Shown here: positions 1 to 9,191 of the stretch, piece by piece | How the letters are laid out: every line of letters begins with the position of its first letter | Numbering within the stretch: position 1 is the stretch's first letter | NCBI RefSeq assembly: GCF_000015145.1 | Contig: NC_008818.1 | Coordinates: 840,001-872,000 of the forward strand | Direction: 5' to 3' | Source: Hyperthermus butylicus DSM 5456 | GTDB taxonomy: Archaea; Thermoproteota; Thermoprotei_A; Sulfolobales; Pyrodictiaceae | DNA length: 32,000 bases | Notes under the pieces: generated by a model | Seen by the model: only the letters and a program-made list of their open reading frames with translations | Told to the model about the DNA's origin: nothing | Databases searched by the model: none | Program-made: the position numbers and the translations under genes

Positions 1-137
1 GATTTCGTCTACATGCTTGACACGCATACCCTACTAACACCCGGTGAAGGGGCGAGTAACGGTCCCCGGGTTATAAAGTACTGGGCTCTCTCTTGTTGCC
101 CCACCCGGCTCCCGCTCCATGGGCGTCAGGATTGCTG

Positions 138-836
138 CTACTCCCGCTCTGCTTTGGAAGACGTATATGGAGCATGTATTACGCGGTACACCTTTACGGC
201 TCTCTCATAGCCAAGAACCTTCTCAAGCTCAACTATTGATGCTCTGCATATAGCCTCTATACTGCCGAATTTTTCAAGGAGCCTCTCCGCGAGCCTAGGC
301 CCTATGCCGGGCAGGCTCTGGACAACATATAGCTGCTGCATCCACAGCTTCTCGAGCCTCGGCTTCCTATGTATAACCACGGGCCTCTGCTTCAGAGCCT
401 GCTCACGACACGCAACACTATAGATTATTTTTGCTGACTCTTCCGGACCACTGCTCCAGACGATCCTTACACTATAGTCGAGGCTTATCGCCAATAGGGC
501 AAGCTTAACCTGCAATGCACGCGAGGTAACCCTTTCCAGCTCTGCTGGGTCACCCTCAACGAGTATTATTGGGACTTCATAGTGCTCGCTCAGCCTTCTA
601 GCCTGGTCGTAGAGCCTGCCATCGAAAAGGCTTGCTGCAAGGTCGTGCATGGTCTTCCTCTCGAATGCAACCCTATCCGAAACAATGTAATCGCCGACAC
701 CTGCAACAGTGTAGATTACGGCTGCACCCATCTCCCTCAATAAGCGGGGAATGGGGCTAGCCTTCTCCCTCTCGTCAACGTAGACCCGCGGCCTACTACA
801 CTCGGGCAAGAGCTGTACCCCGTTTAGCTGCTGCAC
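138..836 (-). CDS. xpf: XPF/ERCC4-type structure-specific endonuclease (short crenarchaeal form with C-terminal HhH)
   Basis: Protein has the nuclease motif region VGDYIVSDRVAFERKTMHD and a C-terminal helix-hairpin-helix (LPGIGPRLAERLLEKFGS). Confidence 0.93.
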   Translation of the reverse strand: MQQLNGVQLLPECSRPRVYVDEREKASPIPRLLREMGAAVIYTVAGVGDYIVSDRVAFERKTMHDLAASLFDGRLYDQARRLSEHYEVPIILVEGDPAELERVTSRALQVKLALLAISLDYSVRIVWSSGPEESAKIIYSVACREQALKQRPVVIHRKPRLEKLWMQQLYVVQSLPGIGPRLAERLLEKFGSIEAICRASIVELEKVLGYERAVKVYRVIHAPYTSSKAERE

Positions 837-878
837 AACCCGTTAATAGCTTGTAAACCATGGAGCTAGGATGCCCTG

Positions 879-961
879 GAGGGGCTGTGAGGAATACGCT
901 AGAGGCCGACACGAAACCCCGGGAGAGTCGCGTGAGGATAGTCCGGCGCACCGAGCCCTTC
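879..961 (+). ncRNA. box C/D guide sRNA candidate (sR-1) with variant boxes
   Basis: C GTGAGGA 887-893, 12 nt guide ATACGCTAGAGG, D' CCGA 906-909, C' GTGAGGA 932-938, 12 nt guide TAGTCCGGCGCA, D CCGA 951-954. Terminal stem 879-885 GAGGGGC pairs with 955-961 GCCCTTC (7 bp, one G.U). TATA-like TTAATAG lies about 30 nt upstream. Confidence 0.82.
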
Positions 962-1063
962 AAGCATTGCTTGGACCTGCTGTGGCAGCAAGTTTTAGGG
1001 GTTCAGCACCGGGTACCCCGGGCCTGGGGTAGGACTTAGACTAGGGCTGCGAGGGGGGATGCC

Positions 1064-1582
1064 TTGGCTAAGACTAGTGGGCGTAAGAAAAAGGAGCCCG
1101 TGAGCGGCACGAAGAAGGAGCTTGTCATACAGACTAGACCCGCCATAACAAGGGACCAGGTCGAGAAGGATGAGAGGAAGCGTCGCCTCCTCCTAGTGTT
1201 AAAGGCTATGGAGGACCAGGGCGGCATATATGAGAGGAGTCTAGCCCACCTAGTCTACTGGCTACAGAAGGAGAAGGACTTCGACCTAGGCTACAACTTC
1301 TACCTTGTAGGCGACGTACCAATATCTAAGGAGCTACACGAGGACATTGTGGCACTACTCTATGTGGGCCTCGCCGAGACCGACCCCAAGACCAAGAAGC
1401 TTAGGCTTACAAGCGACGGGAAGGAGTTCCTAGAAACCAAGGGTTACGACAAGGAGTTCTATGATAAACTACAAGCAGCCATAGACGAGTATAAACCGAA
1501 GATAGCAGCTATAGATGCACAGATAGAACTCACAACGATACTCTCCAGGCCACGTGCAGCCCGGAGAAGGAGGCTCTTCTAG
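1064..1582 (+). CDS. conserved hypothetical protein, likely winged-helix-like; TTG start
   Basis: 172 aa ORF with lysine-rich N-terminus and well-structured composition; no recognised enzyme motif. Confidence 0.75.
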   Translation: MAKTSGRKKKEPVSGTKKELVIQTRPAITRDQVEKDERKRRLLLVLKAMEDQGGIYERSLAHLVYWLQKEKDFDLGYNFYLVGDVPISKELHEDIVALLYVGLAETDPKTKKLRLTSDGKEFLETKGYDKEFYDKLQAAIDEYKPKIAAIDAQIELTTILSRPRAARRRRLF

Positions 1583-1791
1583 CCTTCCCACATCCGCACC
1601 TTTTCCATCCTCCCCGCCTAATCCTGCCTCCCGCTGTACTGCTGCGCCGCGTTAGCGATAACCCCCTCCCCAAAGACACTCCTACCATATCTCTACACGG
1701 CGGGGGGTCAGGGCCCCGGCGACGCCGCCGCTGGCGGCTGGGTGAGCCGGGAGACGAATTGCACGTCGCCCACCATTCCTCCATTACCGTC

Positions 1792-3093
1792 CTAGGGTTC
1801 TAGGAGTGATATGAAGAAGCCCTGGGTCTGGTGCAGGCTTGGCAGGAACCTTGCCGTCTTGCGGGCTACATCACCGTAAACAGCATAGCCATGGGCGGCG
1901 GGGATTCTTGGTCTCCGTAGGCTTGCTGCGCCACGCTCAATAATCTTTACTACCTGCTCCTCACCCTCCATGGGTAGGATGCTGCAGACAGCATAGACTG
2001 CTGGAGCCCGGTACTTTAGCGCTGTTTCCAGCATCGCAGCTTGGAGTGGGGGGAACCTTGCAACCCAGTTGAGATCGTCTAGGTGGAGCTTTATTGCTGG
2101 ATCCTTGCCCACTGCACCACTGCTTGTACATGGAGCATCTAGCATTACTTTTGACGGTTTTAGCCTTAGGTGTAGTGTTGTAGAGTCTGCTTGTACTACC
2201 TCGATACGGCTAATATCAACACCATACATGCGTAGTAGGCGCTTTGTCCTCTGGAGACGCGCCCAGGAGACGTCTACAGCTATTATCCTCGCCCTGTTCT
2301 CAGTGAGCTGCATCACCAGCGTATCCTTTACGCCGGGGGCCGCAGCCAAGTCCAATATCACGTCTCCAGGCTCCGGCTCTAGGGCCTCGACAACCATTGC
2401 TGAGGCCTTGTCCTGGAACACTATTTCGCCACGCCACATCTCCTCAAGATGGTGTAGTGGTTCACTAAAGTCTACAACCTCCAGCATGTAGGGTAGATCC
2501 CGGTCTCTGCGCACTATGACGCCTTTCTCCTCTAGCCGGGCTGCAACACGATCCGGATCAGCCTTGAGCGTATTGACCCTTATCCACCACTTCTCCTCGT
2601 TGAGAGACGCCAAGAGCCTTTCAGCACTGTAAGGGCCGAGAAGTTGGAGTATCAGTTTGGTAAACCAGGTGGGAAAAGAGTATTTTATTGCAAGTTTCTC
2701 AGCTTCAGAGCCTGCTGTCTCAATAACGTCCTCTATACTCTCCACATGGCGTGGCAGTGTCTTCAGCAGTTTCCTCCGCAGCCTCTCTACTCCATCGATG
2801 TAGGGCTGGAGGTACTCCTTCTCCGGGCCTAGGAGGGCTAGCCATAGCCTTGCAGCCCTCTTGGAGCCGCCCGTAGCGCCATAGACGTACTTTTCTATGT
2901 GCCTTACCGTGTGGTAGTCCGATACTATATCATGAGAGACCTTGTAGAGCACCCTTGGCGGTACAATGTTCAATGCTTTACGGTACTCTCTCGCTGCAGC
3001 TTGGTAGGCCCTATCATGGCTTACATGCCTTGTCAGTACATGGTAGAGGACACGAGCACTAAAGTCTACTATGACCTTTACTTGTCTCTCCAT
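1792..3093 (-). CDS. NOL1/NOP2/Sun family tRNA/rRNA m5C methyltransferase
   Basis: SAM motif VILDLAAAPGVK, catalytic motif DAPCTSSG, and second Cys motif YAVCSILPMEGEEQV. Confidence 0.9.
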   Translation of the reverse strand: MERQVKVIVDFSARVLYHVLTRHVSHDRAYQAAAREYRKALNIVPPRVLYKVSHDIVSDYHTVRHIEKYVYGATGGSKRAARLWLALLGPEKEYLQPYIDGVERLRRKLLKTLPRHVESIEDVIETAGSEAEKLAIKYSFPTWFTKLILQLLGPYSAERLLASLNEEKWWIRVNTLKADPDRVAARLEEKGVIVRRDRDLPYMLEVVDFSEPLHHLEEMWRGEIVFQDKASAMVVEALEPEPGDVILDLAAAPGVKDTLVMQLTENRARIIAVDVSWARLQRTKRLLRMYGVDISRIEVVQADSTTLHLRLKPSKVMLDAPCTSSGAVGKDPAIKLHLDDLNWVARFPPLQAAMLETALKYRAPAVYAVCSILPMEGEEQVVKIIERGAASLRRPRIPAAHGYAVYGDVARKTARFLPSLHQTQGFFISLLEP

Positions 3094-3156
3094 AGCCTAT
3101 ATACGCACCCGAGAACTACCAGGGTTACCGGGATACAGCCAATATTGTATCATGAG

Positions 3157-3225
3157 CCAGTGATGATAGGTGGGCTTACCAGAGCCCGCAAAAGGGGGCC
3201 GTGAAGAGTGTGGCCGTATCTGAGG
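3157..3225 (+). ncRNA. box C/D guide sRNA candidate (sR-2)
   Basis: C GTGATGA 3160-3166; C' GTGAAGA 3201-3207, 12 nt guide GTGTGGCCGTAT, D CTGA 3220-3223. Short GCCC/GGGC hairpin (3184-3187/3196-3199) lies between D' and C'. D' is weak (near CCAG at 3179) and the terminal stem is weak. Confidence 0.7.
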
Positions 3226-3254
3226 AGCCGGCACAACCCCAGAATCTTTACAGG

Positions 3255-3998
3255 CTAGCTCTGCTTTTCTCCGAGGAGGTAGTCGAGGAGCGACCTCTGC
3301 CCCCGTGGAGGTTGCGTCGTAGCCTGCTTCTCCACGTACCAGCCCGGAGCTATACGCTTCAGTGTGGACCATGTTCTCCGTACGAACCACGGCGGGTTTG
3401 CAGGGTTCCGCCTATACTCTTCTGCAAGCCATGCTATGGTCTCGGGATCTGTTGGATAGCCAGAGCCCCTTACACCGTAGAGCCTGCGTAGCATCCTTAT
3501 CTCCGCGTCACGCACAACCTTAGCAACAATACTCGCCGCAGAGACTATGGGATACGTTTTATCAGCACCCGGCTCGGCTATGACGCGTACGCCTAGCCTA
3601 CCAGAGAGTCTTGCAGCCAGCTTCTCGGGGCTACCCACAGCATCGACGTAGACTGCCTCGGGGCTATCGTGGACACCAGCTATCCTTGACGCTATGTACT
3701 CGAAGGTCTCGACTTCTAGCTGGTTTAGGTTTACAGCATCTAGGAGCGCTGGAGGCAGCTTCACTATAACACTGTGTAGTGCTACGCGGAGAATCTCGCC
3801 GTAGAGCTTTGCACGGACAACCGGTGTGAGTTGTTTACTATCCCTAACCCCTAGTGCTACAAGCTTGTCGATATCATTGCTGCACACAGCAACTCCTACA
3901 ACGACCATTGGCCCTATAACTGGCCCTCTACCAGCCTCGTCGATGCCGATAGCATAGCGGCATCTTCTCCGTTGCACCATTCTACACGCCCCTTCCAA
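3255..3998 (-). CDS. rnhB: ribonuclease HII
   Basis: IGIDEAGRGPVIGPMVV motif, DSKQL, and downstream KTYPIVSAASIVAKVVRD. Confidence 0.96.
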   Translation of the reverse strand: MEGACRMVQRRRCRYAIGIDEAGRGPVIGPMVVVGVAVCSNDIDKLVALGVRDSKQLTPVVRAKLYGEILRVALHSVIVKLPPALLDAVNLNQLEVETFEYIASRIAGVHDSPEAVYVDAVGSPEKLAARLSGRLGVRVIAEPGADKTYPIVSAASIVAKVVRDAEIRMLRRLYGVRGSGYPTDPETIAWLAEEYRRNPANPPWFVRRTWSTLKRIAPGWYVEKQATTQPPRGQRSLLDYLLGEKQS

Positions 3999-4001
3999 CT
4001 G

Positions 4002-4892
4002 TTAGCCACAAGTATAGCCTGCTAGCCCCTCATATGCTATGCATGCTGCCTCCTCTGGGTCGACCAGCTCAACCCCCTTAAGCTCTAGGCCCCAGCGCTC
4101 CACGAGTTCCCGAAGCAGTGGCTCAGCAGCTTCGAGTTCCGGCATGCAACTGTTATCGTGCAGGAGCAGCTTACAACCCACATAGGCTTTAACCTCGTTG
4201 CCGCTTCTAGCTATGCTCACCGTTTTCACTGCGCCAACGCCCTCTACGTCCAGTCTCTCAGCCAGCCTCGCCACGAGGCTGCACTCGCCGCTACCCGTAA
4301 CCGGCTGGCCCGACATGGCTGCCCGGTATACCCTCGCTAGGCACGCCAGCTCCTCGCCTAGCCCGAGCCGAGCCTTCTGAACAACAATGTCAGCCGCATG
4401 CTCTACTAGGCTAGCTCTATAGGCGTCCCCTCCAGTAAATGCTGCATTGATATGCCTCTTAGCCTCAGCTGCCAGGTTCACGCCGCTACGGGCCAGGGCA
4501 TCAAGTACTACTAGCGTGCGGAGGTGCAGCGGAGACTGCAACCGTGCAATCAACTGTACTGGTAGCTCTGAGAGATTGTATCCAGACACGACCATGTAGG
4601 CTGCTTCTACGAGCTTTTCACCACCATACCCTTCAACTACTACCGTTGCACTAACTGCTTGCTCGCGGAGCCAGCCAACGAGGCCAAGTATGGAAAATAG
4701 TGTTGGCGAGTCCCGTGGCGACAGCGGGTAAACCTGCACTTCTACCCCAAGCTCACGGTAGCGGCTGGCCCTCACTAGCGCTTCAACACCATCGCCCACG
4801 ACGAGAACAAGATCCGCTGTTGCTGCACGACGCAGTAGCTCCCTACCCTCGCCAATCTCGGCAAAGATGAGGTTAGTAATTAGCCCCGTCAA
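4002..4892 (-). CDS. hypothetical protein (crenarchaeal)
   Basis: 296 aa ORF immediately upstream of rnhB on the same strand. Confidence 0.75.
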   Translation of the reverse strand: MTGLITNLIFAEIGEGRELLRRAATADLVLVVGDGVEALVRASRYRELGVEVQVYPLSPRDSPTLFSILGLVGWLREQAVSATVVVEGYGGEKLVEAAYMVVSGYNLSELPVQLIARLQSPLHLRTLVVLDALARSGVNLAAEAKRHINAAFTGGDAYRASLVEHAADIVVQKARLGLGEELACLARVYRAAMSGQPVTGSGECSLVARLAERLDVEGVGAVKTVSIARSGNEVKAYVGCKLLLHDNSCMPELEAAEPLLRELVERWGLELKGVELVDPEEAACIAYEGLAGYTCG

Positions 4893-4918
4893 GCCTTTAC
4901 TACACCCTTGGCGCTGGA

Positions 4919-4992
4919 GGAGGCTCAGCCTAGTATGCGGTCTTCACAGCACAGCTGGGAGCTACGCTCCCGGATTCCACATCACAGCCTCC
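4919..4992 (-). ncRNA. box C/D guide sRNA candidate (sR-3)
   Basis: Minus-strand reading: GGAGGC-T-GTGATGT-GGAATCCGGGAG...GTGAAGA-CCGCATACTAGG-CTGA-GCCTCC. Terminal stem is 6 bp (4919-4924/4987-4992) and the C' to D guide is exactly 12 nt. Hairpin GGGAGC-GTA-GCTCCC is present, D' is degenerate, and TATA-like CATAAAC lies about 28 nt upstream on the minus strand. Confidence 0.8.
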
Positions 4993-5089
4993 ACCTATGA
5001 GGAAGGATGTGTACGGGTTTATGACTTCAACCTTGCCTATCTAGCTCTACCAGTCTCTTCCGACTTCTCGGTGCGACGTTCGCTTACCT

Positions 5090-6970
5090 CTACGCGCTGC
5101 CTCGAGTATTGATGGAAAGAGCGCATCGGTAATGTCTTCGAGTAGTATCACGCCTGCATACTTGTAGCCGGGGCCTGCAACAACCCACGTAGTCAGCACC
5201 ATATATCACCATTTCCTCTAGCGCTCTAACAATACAGTCATCAATGTAGACTATTGGTGGCTGTGTTAGGGAGACCTCGGCGACAAGCTCTTCCGAGCGT
5301 AAGGCATAGCGGAGATCAAGCCCTATGTAGCCAGGGTCTAGTACACCTACAATTCTCCCGTAGTCATCTACGACCGGCATTATGCGGAGCTTCTGTCTTA
5401 TCATCCTCTTAACGACGTCTCTGAGTTTTTCGTTCCAGTTTGCAGCAGTTATGTGCCTTATCGGGAACTCTCTAACCTTTATACATGTCTTCTGGCCACG
5501 GAGGATCTCAAGGAGAGACTCCACGGTAAATATAGCGGGGGGCACCTTGTGGGGTAGCTGTGACTCAACAATGCTGACGTTGCCAAGGGCAAGCGACGCC
5601 GTTAGGGAGGATATGAGGGCTGGCACGACTAGTGCTGGTGTACCACCTATCTCTGCCACGAAGAATGAGAGGCCAACAGATACCTTTGAAGCTGCACCAA
5701 AGAGGCTCGCCATGCCGAGGTAGGCATAGACCCCTGGGGGTATCCCGGTGTAGTCGTGGACTATGAGGCCAAAAACTTCACCTATCATAGCCCCGGCGAA
5801 TAGGCCTGGTGCTAGCAGCCCACCACTACCACCACTACCGACTGTCAAGGACGTAACTACTATCTTTAGAATAGCCAGCAGCAGCGCAGTCAAGAGTAGG
5901 CTATCGCCGAATAACCTTACTAGACCCGGCATTTCGCCTTGCTGAAATCCTTCGAGCATCAACGAGAGTAACTCCTCACCAGTACCGAGCACATGGGGCA
6001 CAAAAGCGCCTATGACACCAACGAGCAACGCACCAATGACGGGGCCAATCCATTGGGGGATACGATGTTCTCTATGGAGCTTCTCGAAGACCCTCCTGGT
6101 TCTCGTGAACACGTAGACATACATATAGGCAAAGGGTGCAGTGAAAAGACCTAGCAATATGTAGGATGCTAGCACATCCAAGCTATACATCCTCGATAAA
6201 CTGTCAATTGCGAGTGATGGCAGCTTATACCCTGGGCCCAGGATGTGTAGGGATAGGGAGTACGAGATTATCGACGCGAAAAGGGCTGGTATCAAAGCAT
6301 TTAGCTCCATATCCCTCATGTAGAGTACTTCCACGGCGAATATTGCTGATCCTACGGGGCTCTGAAAGATGAATGATAGAGCCGCAGCCATGCCGGCTAC
6401 AAGCATTATCTTTCTCTCCACAACACCCATGCCAAGGTATTTTGCTATTGAGGAGCCTGCAGCACCACCAATCTGTATTGAGGGACCCTCTGGCCCTGCA
6501 CTACCGCCGGTGCCTAGCAGTATAGCCGATGCCACCGCCTTTACTATGGCTACCCTCGGCCTCATTATACCGGCCCTATGGTGGTACGCGTATACCGCCG
6601 CGTCTGTACCGCCACCAGCCGCCTCGGGCTCAAACTTGTAGACTATCAAGCTTGCAGCTAGCGCGCCGACACCGAGTATAACGGGTATCAGTGGTTTGTG
6701 TCGAGCTAGGAGCGCAACTATGGAGTAGTCTGATATCTTCATAACTATTTCCGGCCCAGCTACGCCATGAATGTAGGCTGCGCCCGCAAGAACAAGCCTT
6801 AGAAGCACATAGAACAAGCCTATGGCGAGTGATGAAACTACAGCAGCAACAATGCTTATGAGGAGCCAGCGTTCAACATAGCCCAGGTGTTTTAGCACAG
6901 CCCGTACAGCTTCGTCAAGCTTCCTAGCCAGAATCGCTATTACCGCCATGACTCTACGCGTCCCCATCAA
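5090..6970 (-). CDS. ClC-family chloride channel/transporter with C-terminal CBS domains
   Basis: GTGGSAGPEGPSIQIG and GSGGSGGLLAPGLFAGAMIG motifs, many TM segments, and a CBS-like segment (IRQKLRIMPVVDDYGRIVGVL). Confidence 0.93.
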   Translation of the reverse strand: MMGTRRVMAVIAILARKLDEAVRAVLKHLGYVERWLLISIVAAVVSSLAIGLFYVLLRLVLAGAAYIHGVAGPEIVMKISDYSIVALLARHKPLIPVILGVGALAASLIVYKFEPEAAGGGTDAAVYAYHHRAGIMRPRVAIVKAVASAILLGTGGSAGPEGPSIQIGGAAGSSIAKYLGMGVVERKIMLVAGMAAALSFIFQSPVGSAIFAVEVLYMRDMELNALIPALFASIISYSLSLHILGPGYKLPSLAIDSLSRMYSLDVLASYILLGLFTAPFAYMYVYVFTRTRRVFEKLHREHRIPQWIGPVIGALLVGVIGAFVPHVLGTGEELLSLMLEGFQQGEMPGLVRLFGDSLLLTALLLAILKIVVTSLTVGSGGSGGLLAPGLFAGAMIGEVFGLIVHDYTGIPPGVYAYLGMASLFGAASKVSVGLSFFVAEIGGTPALVVPALISSLTASLALGNVSIVESQLPHKVPPAIFTVESLLEILRGQKTCIKVREFPIRHITAANWNEKLRDVVKRMIRQKLRIMPVVDDYGRIVGVLDPGYIGLDLRYALRSEELVAEVSLTQPPIVYIDDCIVRALEEMVIYGADYVGCCRPRLQVCRRDTTRRHYRCALSINTRGSA

Positions 6971-7051
6971 TGCTAGCTGGAGCGGTGAGTTGAATAAGAG
7001 GAGTATTCTCCTTAAGCCCCCGCGCCACTGGGAGGGCTGGGTGGCCAGGGT

Positions 7052-7642
7052 ATGGCGGCGAGCCAGCCCCTCGTGGATCTTGCGCAGGTAGCAAACGGTG
7101 CCCTCGAAGAGGCGCGAAAGGCAATTGAGTCTGGAACCTTCCTAGTACGAGTCTATGCGCTGCCACGCCCCAGGCTGAAGATTAGAGCTTCGAAGAGACT
7201 GATTGAGGTCGACGAGGGCCGCATGGCCAGACTAGAGTACGCATTATTCCGCGCGGTATCGGAGGCTAAGGCGAAAAACGCGAAGCCAACGTTTAAGGAG
7301 TATGCCGAACTCGTTGGCGACTACAAAGCTGCAGCAGCCTATCTTGCCACACTATGGCGTATGGGTTACGTGGTCTTCGACGATAATGAAAAGGCCCTCA
7401 AGATATACGAGGCTGCTGTATCGCTAAGCCAGAAGGGCTATGAGAGAAGGATCGCCAAGGCTCTAGATGCCACATTCGACCTAAACCTTGAGGTCCTACA
7501 GAAGCTACCACATGACGACATACTATGCGTATACCGGGAAGGCGAGTACATGTGCCGCTACATTGTTGCTAACTGCGAGCGCAGCCAGGCTAAGGCCCAG
7601 GTACGCGCCCTAATGGATACCGTCAAGGCACCGAAGAGCTAA
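7052..7642 (+). CDS. hypothetical protein
   Basis: 196 aa ORF. The annotated start may be upstream of the true start. Confidence 0.75.
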   Translation: MAASQPLVDLAQVANGALEEARKAIESGTFLVRVYALPRPRLKIRASKRLIEVDEGRMARLEYALFRAVSEAKAKNAKPTFKEYAELVGDYKAAAAYLATLWRMGYVVFDDNEKALKIYEAAVSLSQKGYERRIAKALDATFDLNLEVLQKLPHDDILCVYREGEYMCRYIVANCERSQAKAQVRALMDTVKAPKS

Positions 7643-7763
7643 AAAGGCAACACTACTGTTTTTAGACATTAGGCCCAGCGGTAGGTCACCTGCTACTTTA
7701 TCTAGAGCCCCGGCACCCCATACGCATCAGCGCACGGCCCAACCAGCTCCTGGTGGTGACGGT

Positions 7764-8450
7764 TTGGTGCTCACTATTCGCTGGTGGCTTCATGCATGTT
7801 TTGAGATAGAGTATGAGGGGAAAAAACTAGTTATTGACCCCCACGATGGCGGCAGTCTTGGTGTCGGGCTCAACCCTCCAGCAACAAGGGCAGACTATGT
7901 TCTTATAACACACGACCATTACGATCATAATGCCGACAGCGTAGTAGCTGGCGATAGGACCTTAGTCGTAAAGTGGAGGACCGGCGAGTTTAGCCTGGGC
8001 CCATTCCGTATTAAGGGCGTGAAACTTCCCCACGACGAGTATGAGGGGAGGCTCCGCGGCTTCGTTGTAGCATACCGCATTGAGGCCGGCAACATTAGCA
8101 TTGTACACTTGTCTGACCTGGGTAGACCTTTACGCCCGGAGGAGGCTGAGGAACTAAAGCCTGTTCACATCGTGATGCTGCCTGCAGGTAATGTGTACAC
8201 GCTGCATCCGCGCCAGGCTCTCGATTCTGCAGCGCTTCTTGACGTAAAGATTGTTATCCCGATGCACTACTGGATTCCAGGTATGCAGCTACCCTTAGAG
8301 CCCCTGGATACCTTGCTACGCTACGCTAAGAAGTGGCGTGTGGTTCGCTACGACTCTAACGAGATTAGTCTAGGCCTTGAGGACATCCCTGAGCAGCGTA
8401 CGCTGCTAGTGCTGGCACCACCAGGCCAGGGTGCAGGTCGACATGGTTGA
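7764..8450 (+). CDS. metallo-beta-lactamase-fold metal-dependent hydrolase
   Basis: ITHDHYDHNAD motif, LSDLGRPL, and IPMHYWIPG. Confidence 0.9.
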   Translation: MVLTIRWWLHACFEIEYEGKKLVIDPHDGGSLGVGLNPPATRADYVLITHDHYDHNADSVVAGDRTLVVKWRTGEFSLGPFRIKGVKLPHDEYEGRLRGFVVAYRIEAGNISIVHLSDLGRPLRPEEAEELKPVHIVMLPAGNVYTLHPRQALDSAALLDVKIVIPMHYWIPGMQLPLEPLDTLLRYAKKWRVVRYDSNEISLGLEDIPEQRTLLVLAPPGQGAGRHG

Positions 8451-9186
8451 TTGCGGCGAGACTGTGCTCGAGCTGCATGGGACGGTTAAGAGGTTTAAAC
8501 ATGGCCCTACAATAGGCCCCATATCGTTTACCGTGCGTCGGGGAGAGGTCTTTGCGCTTATAGGCCCGAATGGCGCGGGGAAAACAACCACCATAAGAAT
8601 GGTGCTTGGCATCTATAGGCCTGATGAGGGTTCTGTTCTTCTCTGCGGCTCGCCCCCGGAAAGGCTGAAGCTTTACAGTCTTGCAGCTTACGTGCCTGAG
8701 GAGACAGCTGTATACCCTAAGCTTACTGGGTGGGAGCACCTAGTATTCTACGCCACACTATATACCGGTGATAGGACCAGAGCTGTCAAGGTTGCAGAGA
8801 GGGCTGCAGAAGTCTCTGGGCTTGGAGACGCCCTTGGCAGGCTCGTGGAGGGATATAGTAAGGGTATGAAGAGGAGGCTCATACTGTCTCTAGCTCTTGC
8901 ACTTGAAACACCGCTCCTCGTATTAGACGAGCCCACGTCCGGACTCGACGTTCATAGTGCTGTTAGGATGAGAAGGCTTATCCGGAAAGCAGCAGACGAG
9001 GGGCGGGCTGTCCTCCTTTCGAGCCACAACATGTTTGAGGTGGAGTACCTGGCTGACAGGGTTGCCTTCATAGCTTCTGGCAAGATAATTGCCATAGGCA
9101 CTCCGGCAAGTCTTAAGCAGAGATACGCCGCGGAAAATCTTGAAGAGGCGTTTGTGAAGGCTGTAGAGGCTGCAGCTACGGTGTAG
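8431..9186 (+). CDS. ABC transporter ATP-binding protein
   Basis: Walker A GPNGAGKTT, signature YSKGMKRRLIL, Walker B LLVLDEPTSG. Confidence 0.96.
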   Translation: MQVDMVDCGETVLELHGTVKRFKHGPTIGPISFTVRRGEVFALIGPNGAGKTTTIRMVLGIYRPDEGSVLLCGSPPERLKLYSLAAYVPEETAVYPKLTGWEHLVFYATLYTGDRTRAVKVAERAAEVSGLGDALGRLVEGYSKGMKRRLILSLALALETPLLVLDEPTSGLDVHSAVRMRRLIRKAADEGRAVLLSSHNMFEVEYLADRVAFIASGKIIAIGTPASLKQRYAAENLEEAFVKAVEAAATV

Positions 9187-9191
9187 CGGCG

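Noticed and set aside
931-950. GTGAGGATAGTCCGG resembling the RNase P RNA conserved GAGGAAAGTCC core
   Set aside because: The rest of the locus lacks the length and the second P4 strand. The C'/guide/D reading explains every conserved position.
1583-1791. GC-rich inverted-looking segment between convergent genes (GCGACGCCGCCGCTGGCGGC)
   Set aside because: Could be a simple hairpin or degenerate coding remnant. No tRNA or sRNA signature on either strand.
4867-5112. 81 aa plus-strand ORF
   Set aside because: Overlaps the minus-strand sRNA and the upstream gene start, and has no recognisable protein features.
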